Positions 12,954 to 23,719 of a DNA stretch of 64,000 nucleotides are shown piece after piece. Source of the stretch: an uncultured Acidobacteriota bacterium (GTDB lineage Bacteria; Acidobacteriota; UBA6911); assembly GCA_963809485.1 (NCBI GenBank), contig CAWEJX010000007.1, forward strand, positions 448,001 through 512,000, written 5' to 3'. Every line of letters starts with the position of its first letter. Position 1 is the stretch's first letter. A program made the position numbers and the translations under genes. A model generated the notes under the pieces. That model was not told the DNA's origin, did no database searches, and worked only from the letters and a program-made list of their open reading frames with translations.

Positions 12954-15401
12954 ATGAATGAAGCTCTCGAACAGATCCCGGTCAATATCATCGATGAGAT
13001 GCGCAAGTCCTACCTGGACTATGCCATGAGCGTCATCATCGGCCGGGCGCTGCCGGATGTGCGCGACGGGCTCAAACCCGTGCACCGGCGCGTCCTGTAC
13101 GCGATGAATGACCTGGGGAACGCGTACAACAAGCCTTACAAGAAATCGGCGCGCATCGTCGGCGATGTGATCGGAAAATACCACCCGCACGGCGACGTCG
13201 CGGTCTACGACACCATCGTTCGGCTGGTCCAGGACTTTTCGGTCCGCTACCCGCTGATTGACGGCCAGGGGAATTTCGGCTCCGTGGACGGCGACAACGC
13301 GGCCGCCATGCGATATACCGAAGTACGCATGGCGCGCATTTCTGAGGAGCTGCTGGCCGATATCGAAAAGAACACGGTGGATTTCGGCCCCAATTATGAC
13401 GAATCGCTGACCGAGCCCCTGGTTCTCCCGGCCAAATTTCCCAATCTGCTCGTCAACGGCTCTTCGGGCATCGCGGTCGGCATGGCAACTAACGTGCCGC
13501 CTCACAACCTTACCGAGATCATCGGGGCGACCATCCTTCTCATCGAGAACCCCGGTGTGTCCCTGGAAGAAATCATGGCGCAGGTTCCGGGCCCCGACTT
13601 CCCGACGGCCGGCTTCATCTACGGGCGAAGCGGAATCAGGACGGCCTATGAAAGCGGGCGCGGAATCATCGTCATGCGCGCCCGGGCGGCGATCGAGAAA
13701 ATATCGCGGGAACGGGAAGCGATCGTGGTTACGGAAATTCCCTACCAGGTAAACAAGGCAAAACTGATCGAGCGCATCGCCGAGCTCGTGAGGGACAAGA
13801 AGATCGAGGGGATCTCCGACCTCCGCGACGAGTCCGATCGGGAAGGCATGCGCATTGTCATCGAGCTCAAAAAGGAGGAGCCGGCGCAGGTTGTTCTGAA
13901 CAACCTTTACAAGATGACCCCGATGCAGGCCAGTTTCGGCATCATCATGCTGGCCATCGTGAACAGCCAGCCTAAGGTTCTCACCCTGCGCGAATGCCTT
14001 CTTTGCTTCATCGAGTACCGGAAAGAAGTCGTCCGCCGAAGGACCATCTTTGAACTCGGCAAAGCGGAGGCCAGGGCTCACATTCTCGAGGGGCTCAAGC
14101 GCGCTCTGGATATGCTGGATGAAATTATCGCCCTGATCCGCGCGTCCAAGGAGCCTGCCGTGGCCAAGGAAGGCCTGATGACGCGGTTCCAGTTCAGCGC
14201 GGAGCAGGCCCAGGCGATCCTGGATATGCGCCTGCAGCGGCTGACGGGGCTCGAGCGCGAAAAAATCCTCGCCGAGTACGAAGAAACGCTGAAGCTTATC
14301 GCCCGCCTCAAGGAAATCCTGGCCAGCGAGAAGGTGCTGGAAGGCGTGGTGGTCGAGGAGCTGAAGGATGTGCAGGAAAAATTCGGCGACGCCCGGCGGA
14401 CGCAGATTGTGGACGAGGAAGTCGAAATCACGCTCGAGGACCTCATCGCCGACGAAGATGTGGTCATTACCGTCACGCACTCCGGCTATATCAAGCGGAC
14501 GGCGGCTTCCCTCTACCATCCGCAGGGGCGGGGCGGCAAGGGGCGCATCGGAATGACCACGCGCGACGAGGATTTCATCGACCACGTCTTCGTCGCTTCC
14601 ACCCACAGCTACCTGCTCGTCTTTACCAACAGGGGCCAGGTATACTGGCTCAAGGTCTATGAGATTCCTGACGTCGGCACCGCAGGCAAAGGGAAGGCCA
14701 TTGTAAACCTGGTCAACCTGGGCAAGGACGAAAAAATCGCCGACATCATCGCCGTGAAGGACTTCGAAACCAGCGAAAACGTGGTGATGGCCACACGCAA
14801 CGGGATTGTGAAAAAAACCGCCCTGGTCGAATTTGCCAATCCGCGCAGCTCGGGCATCATCGCCATTTACATACCCGACGATGACGAACTCATCGGATGC
14901 CAGCTGACGGACGGAAGCTACGATGTTCTTCTGGCCACGCGCATGGGAAAAGCAATCCGCTTTTCGGAAAAGAATGCGCGCGAAATGGGCCGTACGGCGC
15001 GGGGCGTCATCGGCATCCGCCTGGCCGGAGACGATAAGGTGGTAGCCATGTCCGCCTTCAAAGGCCCCGGCCAGTTCCTGACCGTTACGGAAAAAGGCTT
15101 CGGAAAGCGGACGGACGTCGAAGAATATCCCTGTCAGGGCCGCGGCGGATCCGGCGTCATCAACGTAAAAGTAGGCGAGAAAAACGGCAGCGTTGTGAAC
15201 ACCTGTCACGTGCAGGAAGATTCGTCGGTCATGCTGATTACGGCGCAGGGGAAACTGATCCAGCTCAATGCCGAGGATATCCGCAACACTCAGAGCCGCG
15301 CCGCCGTGGGCGTCAAGTGCATCGATCTTGAAGAAGGCGACTACGTAGCCAGCGTCACCGTCGTCGCCGGGGAAGCAGAAGGCGAAAAGCCCGAAAACTA
15401 G
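12954..15401 (+). CDS. gyrA: DNA gyrase subunit A
   Basis: [22 protein letters not shown], GyrA-box QGRGGKG. Confidence 0.99.
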   Translation: MNEALEQIPVNIIDEMRKSYLDYAMSVIIGRALPDVRDGLKPVHRRVLYAMNDLGNAYNKPYKKSARIVGDVIGKYHPHGDVAVYDTIVRLVQDFSVRYPLIDGQGNFGSVDGDNAAAMRYTEVRMARISEELLADIEKNTVDFGPNYDESLTEPLVLPAKFPNLLVNGSSGIAVGMATNVPPHNLTEIIGATILLIENPGVSLEEIMAQVPGPDFPTAGFIYGRSGIRTAYESGRGIIVMRARAAIEKISREREAIVVTEIPYQVNKAKLIERIAELVRDKKIEGISDLRDESDREGMRIVIELKKEEPAQVVLNNLYKMTPMQASFGIIMLAIVNSQPKVLTLRECLLCFIEYRKEVVRRRTIFELGKAEARAHILEGLKRALDMLDEIIALIRASKEPAVAKEGLMTRFQFSAEQAQAILDMRLQRLTGLEREKILAEYEETLKLIARLKEILASEKVLEGVVVEELKDVQEKFGDARRTQIVDEEVEITLEDLIADEDVVITVTHSGYIKRTAASLYHPQGRGGKGRIGMTTRDEDFIDHVFVASTHSYLLVFTNRGQVYWLKVYEIPDVGTAGKGKAIVNLVNLGKDEKIADIIAVKDFETSENVVMATRNGIVKKTALVEFANPRSSGIIAIYIPDDDELIGCQLTDGSYDVLLATRMGKAIRFSEKNAREMGRTARGVIGIRLAGDDKVVAMSAFKGPGQFLTVTEKGFGKRTDVEEYPCQGRGGSGVINVKVGEKNGSVVNTCHVQEDSSVMLITAQGKLIQLNAEDIRNTQSRAAVGVKCIDLEEGDYVASVTVVAGEAEGEKPEN

Positions 15402-15437
15402 GCTTTCTGGGATTCGAGATTCCGGCTCAGTCTCCAT

Positions 15438-15479
15438 GAACGCTGACCTGCGCAGACAAAGGCGCTGACGCACGCCGAC
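15438..15479 (+). repeat. Stand-alone NNACGCYGAN periodic repeat (units 10/10/12/10 nt)
   Basis: gaacgctgac|ctgcgcagac|aaaggcgctgac|gcacgccgac; same unit pattern as the cargo of the IS200-like elements. Confidence 0.6.
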
Positions 15480-15527
15480 GATTCATGATATCTGCGAAGC
15501 AAGGTTAAATGTTTGATAAAAAGGACC

Positions 15528-15556
15528 TTGACAGGGGTCCGGGTCAAGAGTAACTT
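15528..15556 (+). promoter_or_regulatory. sigma70-type promoter for rpsU
   Basis: TTGACA-N17-TAACTT, followed by AAGGAGG RBS. Confidence 0.55.
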
Positions 15557-15587
15557 ACTCCCTCGTCCGCAAAGGAGGTGTTCTGGT

Positions 15588-15785
15588 TTGGCGGAAGTCA
15601 TTTTAAATGAAGGCGAGTCCCTTGAAAGCGCCCTCCGGCGCTTCAAACGCAAGGTTCAGCAGGAAGACATCATCAAGGATGTCAAAAAGCATTCCTTCTA
15701 CCTCAAGCCTGGTGAGAAGAAACGGATCAAACAGGCTCTGGCCCGCAAGCGTCTGCGCAAAAAAATGCGCGGTGTTCGATCCTAG
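15588..15785 (+). CDS. rpsU: 30S ribosomal protein S21
   Basis: TTG start after AAGGAGG; ESLESALRRFKR...FYLKPGEKKR. Confidence 0.95.
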   Translation: MAEVILNEGESLESALRRFKRKVQQEDIIKDVKKHSFYLKPGEKKRIKQALARKRLRKKMRGVRS

Positions 15786-15926
15786 CCCGCAAGACCGGCT
15801 CCCAGGCCTGATGTTGGCCATAATCTCATCGGGCCTGGGAATTTTGCCTGTCCCGCGGCAGCTGCCTTCGAGTTCTTTGCTTTTCCGAAGCTTTGAGGCC
15901 CTCTGCCGCAATCCCCAAGGCTGCCT

Positions 15927-16748
15927 GTGTATTCAAGAATTTCCGAGACCCTTGCCTCCATCCGTGCCCGCTGCAAATCGCAGCCGTCTGTGGGCTTGAT
16001 CCTTGGCTCCGGACTTGGCTCCTATGCCGACACGCTCCAGGAGCGGACGGTCCTGCCTTTCGGCGAAATCCCTCATTTCCCCGTCTCTACGGTTCCGGGT
16101 CATTCCGGCAACCTGATCAGCGCTGCCGTGCAAGGGGTCCCGGTGGTTGCGTTGCAGGGAAGGATCCACCTTTATGAGGGGTATTCCATGACGGAGGTCG
16201 CTTTCCCCGCCAGAGTCCTCGGCTGCCTGGGCATTCGCGGGCTGATCGTCACGAATGCGGCCGGCGGCATCAACGAATGTTTCCGGCCGGGCGATCTGAT
16301 GCTTATCACGGATCATATCAACCTGATGGGGGCGAATCCTCTGATGGGGGCCAACCTGGATGAGTTCGGTCCACGGTTCCCGGACATGAGCGAAGCCTAC
16401 GACCCGCATCTGCTCAAAGTCGCGTTGGAGGTTGCCCGTGAAGGGCGGATGCCCCTTCAGCAGGGCGTATACGCAGGGCTGTGCGGACCCAGCTATGAGA
16501 CGCCCGCCGAAATCCGCATGTTGCGCGCCCTCGGCGCCGACGCCGTGGGCATGTCCACCATTCCGGAAGTGATCGTAGCCGGCCACATGGGAATACCCGT
16601 GCTCGGCGTCTCCTGCATCACGAACATGGCAGCCGGCATTCTTCCGCGAAAACTCACGCATCAGGAAGTGATCGACACCACCGAGCGGTCGAAGGAAAGC
16701 TTTGCGGCACTCCTCAATGGCATTATCCCGAGGCTAGCAGCTGAATAG
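15927..16748 (+). CDS. punA: Purine nucleoside phosphorylase (trimeric type)
   Basis: ILGSGLG, GRIHLYEG, GPSYETPAE, VGMST. Confidence 0.95.
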   Translation: MYSRISETLASIRARCKSQPSVGLILGSGLGSYADTLQERTVLPFGEIPHFPVSTVPGHSGNLISAAVQGVPVVALQGRIHLYEGYSMTEVAFPARVLGCLGIRGLIVTNAAGGINECFRPGDLMLITDHINLMGANPLMGANLDEFGPRFPDMSEAYDPHLLKVALEVAREGRMPLQQGVYAGLCGPSYETPAEIRMLRALGADAVGMSTIPEVIVAGHMGIPVLGVSCITNMAAGILPRKLTHQEVIDTTERSKESFAALLNGIIPRLAAE

Positions 16749-16841
16749 AAGGAGCAGGCTGAAAGAGGGAAAATAATGAACCCGGCCCTGAGGATAGCTA
16801 AACGTCTTGCATATAGGTCAAATACAATGTAAAATACCCGC

Positions 16842-18008
16842 ATGCGAGACAGGCTAGTATCGGGCAGAATTCGCCGGTCGAAAACAAACGTCCTGCTCCT
16901 GGGGCCCCGCCAAGTGGGCAAATCCACACTATGCCGGTCCATGGCCCCGCTCCGCATTGTCGATCTGGCGGACGAGCAGGTGTTTCTCTCTCACGCAAAA
17001 GATGCAGGCCTGCTGCGGCGGGAGCTCGCGGCGGCTAAAGGCATGGGCCTTATCGTCATTGATGAGGTGCAACGGCTCCCTTCCATGCTGAATACCCTCC
17101 AGTCGCTGGTCGATGATCCCTCCAATCCATACCGCTTCATCCTTACCGGTTCCAGTGCGCGCAAGCTCAAACGCGGAGGAGCAAACCTCCTGCCGGGGCG
17201 AATAATTCTGGAACACATGGATCCGCTGACCTATGAGGAGGTAAAGGATACTTTCGATCTGCCGCGCGCTTTGCAGACAGGGATGTTGCCGGGGATATAT
17301 TTGGGCGGAGATGAAGCCATCTCCGTGCTGGACACTTATGTTGAAGTCTATCTTCGAGAAGAAATCCGCACCGAAGCCCTGGTCAGGAACATGGGAGACT
17401 ACGCCCGATTTTTGGATATGGCGGCAGTTCTCAGTGGACAGTGGCTCAATTATTCGAAAATAAGTTCTGAAACGGAAATTCCCAAAGAGACAATCCGCAG
17501 ATATGCAGCAGTATTGGAAGACACGCTTCTCATATTCCGGTTACCCCCCTTTGCCCCCCGCCGAAAAATCACGCGACGCGTTGCCCAACGGGACAAATTT
17601 CTTTTCTTTGACATAGGCGTCCGCAATGCATTGCTGGGAATCCACCGCCGCCCGCTTACCCCGGACCAGAAAGGACCTGCCTTCGAGCAATGGCTGATTC
17701 TGCAGATCATTTATTTGAATCGGGCATTGCGCAAAGGATGGGATTTTTCATGCTATCGCACCAATGCGGGCGCGGAGGTCGACCTGGTCGTCGAGAGGGA
17801 AAAAGACATTCTGGGCCTTGAAATCAAATCGGGGCGAAACGTATCGAGGGCGGATGGCCGCGGGCTGATTTCATTGGAACAAATCATCGGGCGCTACAAG
17901 CCGTTGAGGAAGTGGATTGCGTATGCCGGAGACCGGCGGCAATTATTTGACAACGGCGTACAAGCCCTTCCATATCGCGAAGCCCTGGAGGAACTCGCGG
18001 AATCCTGA
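16842..18008 (+). CDS. AAA_14 ATPase with DUF4143 (PD-(D/E)XK-like) C-terminus
   Basis: GPRQVGKST, IDEVQR, LTGSSAR, FFDIGVRN, EVDLVV...LEIKS. Confidence 0.85.
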   Translation: MRDRLVSGRIRRSKTNVLLLGPRQVGKSTLCRSMAPLRIVDLADEQVFLSHAKDAGLLRRELAAAKGMGLIVIDEVQRLPSMLNTLQSLVDDPSNPYRFILTGSSARKLKRGGANLLPGRIILEHMDPLTYEEVKDTFDLPRALQTGMLPGIYLGGDEAISVLDTYVEVYLREEIRTEALVRNMGDYARFLDMAAVLSGQWLNYSKISSETEIPKETIRRYAAVLEDTLLIFRLPPFAPRRKITRRVAQRDKFLFFDIGVRNALLGIHRRPLTPDQKGPAFEQWLILQIIYLNRALRKGWDFSCYRTNAGAEVDLVVEREKDILGLEIKSGRNVSRADGRGLISLEQIIGRYKPLRKWIAYAGDRRQLFDNGVQALPYREALEELAES

Positions 18009-18017
18009 CGATAGCTT

Positions 18018-18102
18018 CTGGCCCGCATTTCTCACAGGCTTTCTGCTGCGGCGCGGATCCCGGCATGTCTCGCTACAAAATCCTGTGAGAAATGAGGGTT
18101 AG
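18018..18102. mobile_element. 85-bp MITE-like element with 21-bp imperfect terminal inverted repeats
   Basis: ctggcccgcatttctcacagg (18018-18038) and cctgtgagaaatgagggttag (18082-18102); 18/21 complementary. Confidence 0.55.
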
Positions 18103-18174
18103 GAAATCCTTTCAGGTTGCGAACACAGGTTGTGAACAAATGGAGATTACAGAGAAGATCACGGACCCAGGCTC

Positions 18175-18306
18175 CCTTACCTTCTTGATCGCCACGATGC
18201 GGCCAGAACGTACATCCCGCACCTTCCGCACTTCCCCTATCGCACGCGAGCCGATGCGCTCAAGGATCTCATAGGGGCCGAGTTTGGTGCCGGGGGCGAG
18301 TGTCAT
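18175..18306 (-). pseudogene. N-terminal relic of a Ser/Thr protein kinase
   Basis: MTLAPGTKLGPYEILERIGSRAIGEVRKVRDVRSGRIVAIKKV = subdomains I-II with degraded Gly-loop, then unrelated sequence. Confidence 0.8.
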
Positions 18307-18570
18307 TTCTTTAACAATGAAGTCCAATTCAGGACAATATTGAACGGTTTGACCGGGCTTTCCAGTGCTGGGACGGCTATCAGAAACCGGCTGCCGTCAG
18401 CAGACACATCCAGATTGAAAAGCCCGAAAATGGTCGCAAATGCGATAAATCGGTCGTCGGGAGACCAAAAGCCCATATCGCTGCCTTCCGTGCCCGACAA
18501 GGGGCGTGCATCCGCCGAGTCAAGCGCCCTAATCCACAGGCGCTGAACGCTATCGGGCCCAGCTGCAGAA
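18303..18570 (-). pseudogene. Internally deleted C-terminal relic of a kinase/TolB-like beta-propeller protein
   Basis: RLWIRALDSADARPLSGTEG..FWSPDDRFIAFA joined directly to DVSADGSRFL...IVLNWTSLLKK*. Confidence 0.75.
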
Positions 18571-18630
18571 TCCCTAATAACTAATAGCTAATCCAATAGC
18601 TAATCCCTGCTACACTGCAGATGGTGGCGT

Positions 18631-19800
18631 ATGAAAAAATTCAGGCGGATTATATTGATGGTGCTGGACAGCGTCGGGATCGGGGAGATGCCCGACGCTG
18701 CCGATTGGGGAGATGCCGGAGTGGACACTATCGGCCATGTGATGGCTGCGGAAAAACCGCGGCTTCCCAATCTTGAAAAGCTGGGGCTGGGCAATGTTCG
18801 CACCTTGCCCAACCTTACCCCATCCCCCGAACCTGCGGGATCCTTCGGCAAAGCAGCCATATCCTCACGGGGCAAGGACACTACGGTGGGGCACTGGGAA
18901 TTGGCCGGCCTGATCACCCCGGAGCCCTTTCCTACCTACCCGGAAGGTTTTCCATCCCGTATCCTGGAGCCTTTTAAACGCTCCATCGGGCGGGATGTGC
19001 TGGGCAACAAGACGGCCTCGGGCACGGAAATCATCCAAGAGCTTGGTCCGGAACATATGCGGACGGGAAAGCCGATTGTATACACCTCGGCTGATTCCGT
19101 ATTCCAGGTGGCGGCGCACGAACAGGTTATTGCGCTCCCTGAGCTCTACCGGATATGCAAAATTGCCCGCGAACTGCTCGATGGTCCGGACCGTGTGGCG
19201 CGCGTCATTGCGCGGCCCTTTATCGGCCGGCCGGGAAGCTTCACACGCACAGGAAACCGGAAAGATTTCGCCGTTCCTCCACCGGCGAAGACATTGCTGG
19301 ATCTCCTCAAGGATGCGGGTCTGGCGTCGGTCGGAGTCGGCAAAATCGCCTCGATTTTCGACTTCAGGGGCATAACCTCGCAGCTTGAATCCCATAATAA
19401 CGCGGAGTCCATTTCTCAGACAATCCGGGCCCTAGAGACCGCCCCGGAAGGGCTCATCTTCGTTAATTTAGGAGATTTCGACATGTTATGGGGCCACCGC
19501 AGGGACAGCCGGGGCTATGCGATTGGATTGGAATACTGCGACGGCCGAATTCCTGAGATCCAGAACTGCATGCGCGGAGACGACTGTCTCATACTTACCG
19601 CCGACCACGGCTGCGATCCCACGGCCCACGGGACCGACCATACCCGCGAGTATGTTCCCATTCTTGTATATGCCAGGCGGCTCCGCGGAGGCGTAAATCT
19701 GGGGACACGATCTTCACTGGCGGACATGGGGCAGACCGTCGCGGAAAACTTCGGTCTGCGGCTGCCCGCCGGAACGTCATTCCTCAATGAACTGCGCTGA
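18631..19800 (+). CDS. deoB: Phosphopentomutase
   Basis: VLDSVGIG, GKDTTVGHWE, YTSADS, TADHGCDP, DHTREYVP. Confidence 0.97.
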   Translation: MKKFRRIILMVLDSVGIGEMPDAADWGDAGVDTIGHVMAAEKPRLPNLEKLGLGNVRTLPNLTPSPEPAGSFGKAAISSRGKDTTVGHWELAGLITPEPFPTYPEGFPSRILEPFKRSIGRDVLGNKTASGTEIIQELGPEHMRTGKPIVYTSADSVFQVAAHEQVIALPELYRICKIARELLDGPDRVARVIARPFIGRPGSFTRTGNRKDFAVPPPAKTLLDLLKDAGLASVGVGKIASIFDFRGITSQLESHNNAESISQTIRALETAPEGLIFVNLGDFDMLWGHRRDSRGYAIGLEYCDGRIPEIQNCMRGDDCLILTADHGCDPTAHGTDHTREYVPILVYARRLRGGVNLGTRSSLADMGQTVAENFGLRLPAGTSFLNELR

Positions 19801-19827
19801 TAGATTTACTGGAATAGGCCCGGCTTT

Positions 19828-20364
19828 TCAAACGTTTTCGCCCGTGCGCAGGATGCAGATGTCGGGAAGGTTGCGATAGCGCTGGCCGTAATCCAGGCCA
19901 TAACCGACCACGAACTCATCGGGGATGTCAAACCCGATATAATCCAGGGGCACATGAATCTTGCGTCTCGAAGGTTTGTTGAGCAACGCCACAACTCTAA
20001 GTGACGTCGGGCCCCGCGCCCGAAGGCTCTGCACGAGGTAGTGGAGCGTCAGGCCGGTGTCGATGATATCCTCGACCAGTATCACATCCCTTCCTTCCAC
20101 ATTCTCGTCCACGTCTTTCAGAAGATGAATCTCGCCGCTGCTCCGGGTCTGGTTCCCATAGCTGCCCGCGGCGATAAAATCGTAGGACAGCTCCAGCTCG
20201 ATGGACCGCACGAGGTCCGCGAGAAAGATGCTGGCGCCTTTCAGGACGGCGACCAGGTGTGGAGTTTTCCCGCCGTAATCCTGGGTGATCTGAACGCCCA
20301 ACTCGCGTACGCGTCTGCGGATGGTCCGGGAATCGAGCAGAATGGATTCTACCGAAGCATCCAT
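19828..20364 (-). CDS. hpt: Hypoxanthine phosphoribosyltransferase
   Basis: VEDIIDTGLTL, FVVGYGLDY...RNLP; start chosen at MDASV. Confidence 0.95.
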   Translation of the reverse strand: MDASVESILLDSRTIRRRVRELGVQITQDYGGKTPHLVAVLKGASIFLADLVRSIELELSYDFIAAGSYGNQTRSSGEIHLLKDVDENVEGRDVILVEDIIDTGLTLHYLVQSLRARGPTSLRVVALLNKPSRRKIHVPLDYIGFDIPDEFVVGYGLDYGQRYRNLPDICILRTGENV

Positions 20365-20588
20365 TTGGTTATCCCATTGGACTCCCATGGCTTTTTCCCT
20401 TCGGATGAGTGATTCATCTTTATCATAGGATGTGTGAATAAGAAAGTGCCTGGAAACAATCCGCGGCGGGCAGGGGACCCGCGCATCCGGGGAATCCGGA
20501 GATATTTCCGCCGCACGGAGTTATCCCGGTCCCCGGTTTGCTGATATAATTTGCCTCTTCTGCCCGCAAAACGGGGAGGACGCGAGGA

Positions 20589-21806
20589 ATGATTCTGCCG
20601 AGAAGGATGTCTCTGGGTGTAAACGTCGGCGGTATTCGTGTGGGTGCCGGAGCCCCGGTTGTCGTGCAATCGATGACCAACACCGACACCGGAGATGCTG
20701 CCGCCACCGCGAGCCAGGTTGCTGCGCTTGCCGCCGCCGGATCGGAACTGGTGCGCATCACCGTCAACACCCCGGCAGCGGCAAAGGCTGTCCCCGAGAT
20801 AGCCCGAAGGGTCGAGGACCGGGGGATGCGCGTACCCATCATCGGGGACTTCCACTACAACGGACACATTCTCCTGGCGAAATATCCGGAGTGCGCGCGT
20901 ATTCTGGCAAAATACCGCATCAATCCGGGGAATGTGGGCGTCGGCAAAAAGCGCGATGAGAACTTCAGGCGAATTATCGATATTGCCGTCGAGCACGACA
21001 AGCCGGTCCGGATCGGGGTGAACTGGGGATCCCTTGATCCGGAGCTTGTCGCGCGCCTGATGGATGACAACAATAGGAACTCTGGGCCCAAGGATGCCCG
21101 GGATTTGATGATTGAGGCGATGTGCCTGAGCGCCCTGGAATCGGCCCGCATGGCGGAGGAATATGGTTTGCGCGACGATCACATAATCCTGAGCGCAAAG
21201 CTGTCCGGGGTCCAGGACCTGATCGAGGTTTATCGCGCACTCGCCAAACGCTGCTCTTATCCCCTGCATCTGGGTCTGACCGAGGCCGGCATGGGGGCAA
21301 AGGGCATCGTCGCGTCCACGGCGGCGCTGGCCGTGTTGCTGCAGGAAGGGATCGGCGACACGATCCGGGTTTCGCTGACTCCTGCGCCAAATGGCGAACG
21401 CACGGAGGAGGTCCTGGTAGCACAGCAGATTCTGCAGTCCCTCGAGATCCGGAGCTTCATGCCTCAGGTTTCCGCCTGCCCCGGCTGCGGCCGCACATCG
21501 TCCTCGTTTTTTCAGGAGATGGCGGACCGGATCCAGAACCACATCAGGGACCGTATGCCGGTTTGGAGAGTCCGCTATAAGGGCATTGAAGACCTCAGGA
21601 TTGCCGTCATGGGTTGCGTGGTAAACGGTCCGGGGGAATCCAGGCATGCTAACCTGGGCATCTCGCTTCCGGGATCAGGAGAAGATCCGAAAGCGCCCGT
21701 TTATGCGGACGGCCGGCTGGCGGCAATTCTGCACGGGGATGACATAATTCCGCAATTCATCGAGATGATCGAAGAGTACGTCGCCTCCCATTACCGGCTT
21801 CCTTAG
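20589..21806 (+). CDS. ispG: HMBPP synthase
   Basis: [39 protein letters not shown]. Confidence 0.97.
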   Translation: MILPRRMSLGVNVGGIRVGAGAPVVVQSMTNTDTGDAAATASQVAALAAAGSELVRITVNTPAAAKAVPEIARRVEDRGMRVPIIGDFHYNGHILLAKYPECARILAKYRINPGNVGVGKKRDENFRRIIDIAVEHDKPVRIGVNWGSLDPELVARLMDDNNRNSGPKDARDLMIEAMCLSALESARMAEEYGLRDDHIILSAKLSGVQDLIEVYRALAKRCSYPLHLGLTEAGMGAKGIVASTAALAVLLQEGIGDTIRVSLTPAPNGERTEEVLVAQQILQSLEIRSFMPQVSACPGCGRTSSSFFQEMADRIQNHIRDRMPVWRVRYKGIEDLRIAVMGCVVNGPGESRHANLGISLPGSGEDPKAPVYADGRLAAILHGDDIIPQFIEMIEEYVASHYRLP

Positions 21807-21895
21807 AGATTCATAATTCGTGCCGTTTGCGGCCGGTTTCTGATGTATCCTAATAATTTTGCAGAAAAACAATCTTTGGAACGGAATGCATGCAT

Positions 21896-23656
21896 ATGTT
21901 GAAAACGCACAACTGTGGGGATTTGCGATTGGCGGATGCCGGAAAGAGCGTGAACCTCGCCGGCTGGCTGCAGGGAAGAAGGGACCACGGCAATTTGATA
22001 TTCATGGATCTGCGCGACCGCTCAGGCCTGATCCAGGTCACGGCAGACCCGACGGTGGGGGAAGCCTTCGCGGTCGCCGAAAAAGCCAGGAGCGAATACG
22101 TCCTTCAGGTATCCGGAACGGTCCGTCCGAGGCTTGAGGGGAAAGCCAATCCGAACCTGGCGAGCGGCGAGATTGAGGTCCTGGCACAAACGATCACCAT
22201 CCTCAATACCGCCAAAACGGTCCCGATGCCAATCGACGACGACGGATATAAGACAGATGAAACGACGCGGCTGAAATACCGGTACCTAGATCTCCGCCGG
22301 ACGCGGCTTCAGAAAAACCTCATGCTGCGCCACAAAACGATCAAGTTCATACGCGATTATATGGATCAGCAGGGGTTTGTGGAAATCGAGACGCCGATGC
22401 TGATCAAGTCCACCCCGGAAGGCGCCCGCGATTACGTGGTTCCGAGCAGGGTTCAGCAGGGCAAGTTTTACGCCCTGCCCCAGAGCCCTCAGCAGCTCAA
22501 GCAGCTTCTGATGGTGGCCGGCTATGAGAAATATTTTCAGATTGCCCGCTGCATGCGCGACGAGGATCTGCGCGGAGACCGCCAGCCTGAATTCACCCAG
22601 CTGGACCTCGAGATGTCGTTTGTCGGGCGGGACGACGTCCTGGACCTGGTCGAAGGCCTGGTAACGGGCTTGATTCCCGCCGTAACGCCCCACAAGCGCA
22701 TTTTCAGCCCGTTTCCCATTATGAGCTATAAGGAAGCCATGGGCCGCTATGGAACGGACAAGCCCGATCTCCGCTTCGGCATGGAGATCGTCGATCTGAC
22801 CGATGCCGTGCGGGCGTCCGATCTCAGGCTGTTTGCCGAAACGGTTCAATCGGGCGGCGCTGTCAAATGCATCCTCGTGCCCGGCTGCGCTTCCTACTCA
22901 CGCAAGGACCTGGACATACTGACCGAATTTGTGAGGGCGGCGGGCGCCAGAAATCTTGCGACGCTGGCGTGGACCCCGGAGGGACTCAAAGGGACTGTGG
23001 CGAAATCGCTCAAACCGGAGGAGGCGTCCGAAATCGCGAGCCTCACGCAGGCGAAAGAAGGCGATCTTGCCTGCATCATCGCCGATAAAGCAGCCGTGGC
23101 ATGCAAGGCGCTGGGTGCGCTGCGCCTGGAATTCCGGGACCGGCTGAAACTGGCCCCTCCGGACCTGCTGGCCTTCGGATGGGTTGTCGATTTTCCCATG
23201 TTCGAGTGGAACGAGGAAGAGAAGGCCTGGGATTCGGCGCACCATCCATTTACCAGCCCCAAGGAAGAAGACCTGGACAAGCTCGAGAGCGATCCCGGGT
23301 CCGTCATGAGCAATGCCTACGATCTTGTGTGCAACGGGTACGAGCTTGCCAGCGGCAGCATCCGTATCCATCGCCGGGACGTCCAGGCCAGAATTTTCAG
23401 GTGCCTGGGCTATGGGGACGAGGAGATCCAGCGCCGTTTCGGCCACATGCTGGACGCTTTCGAGTTTGGCGCCCCGCCCCATGGCGGGATGGCTCCCGGG
23501 CTCGACCGGCTGATAATGCTGCTGGCCGACGAGCTGAACATACGCGAGGTCATCGCGTTTCCCAAAACAGCCAGCGCTACCGATCTCATGTTCGACGCGC
23601 CATCGGATCTTGCGCCTAAACATCTGCGCGAGCTCCACATAAAAATAGTGGAATAA
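21896..23656 (+). CDS. aspS: Aspartate--tRNA ligase (probably non-discriminating)
   Basis: RRDHG, STPEGARDY, LPQSPQ, RQPEFTQLDLE, GAPPHGG. Confidence 0.97.
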   Translation: MLKTHNCGDLRLADAGKSVNLAGWLQGRRDHGNLIFMDLRDRSGLIQVTADPTVGEAFAVAEKARSEYVLQVSGTVRPRLEGKANPNLASGEIEVLAQTITILNTAKTVPMPIDDDGYKTDETTRLKYRYLDLRRTRLQKNLMLRHKTIKFIRDYMDQQGFVEIETPMLIKSTPEGARDYVVPSRVQQGKFYALPQSPQQLKQLLMVAGYEKYFQIARCMRDEDLRGDRQPEFTQLDLEMSFVGRDDVLDLVEGLVTGLIPAVTPHKRIFSPFPIMSYKEAMGRYGTDKPDLRFGMEIVDLTDAVRASDLRLFAETVQSGGAVKCILVPGCASYSRKDLDILTEFVRAAGARNLATLAWTPEGLKGTVAKSLKPEEASEIASLTQAKEGDLACIIADKAAVACKALGALRLEFRDRLKLAPPDLLAFGWVVDFPMFEWNEEEKAWDSAHHPFTSPKEEDLDKLESDPGSVMSNAYDLVCNGYELASGSIRIHRRDVQARIFRCLGYGDEEIQRRFGHMLDAFEFGAPPHGGMAPGLDRLIMLLADELNIREVIAFPKTASATDLMFDAPSDLAPKHLRELHIKIVE

Positions 23657-23719
23657 AACACAACAGCCACGAATCCGGCGAATCCGCTTCGCTTCCATTC
23701 GTGGCTGTTTTTGTGTTTC
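23657..23719. terminator. Long palindrome between convergent aspS and VWA gene, probable bidirectional terminator
   Basis: aaacacaacagccacgaat ... attcgtggctgtttttgtgttt. Confidence 0.6.

Noticed and set aside
21805-21852. Weak inverted repeat between ispG and aspS
   Set aside because: Too degenerate to call as a MITE or terminator.
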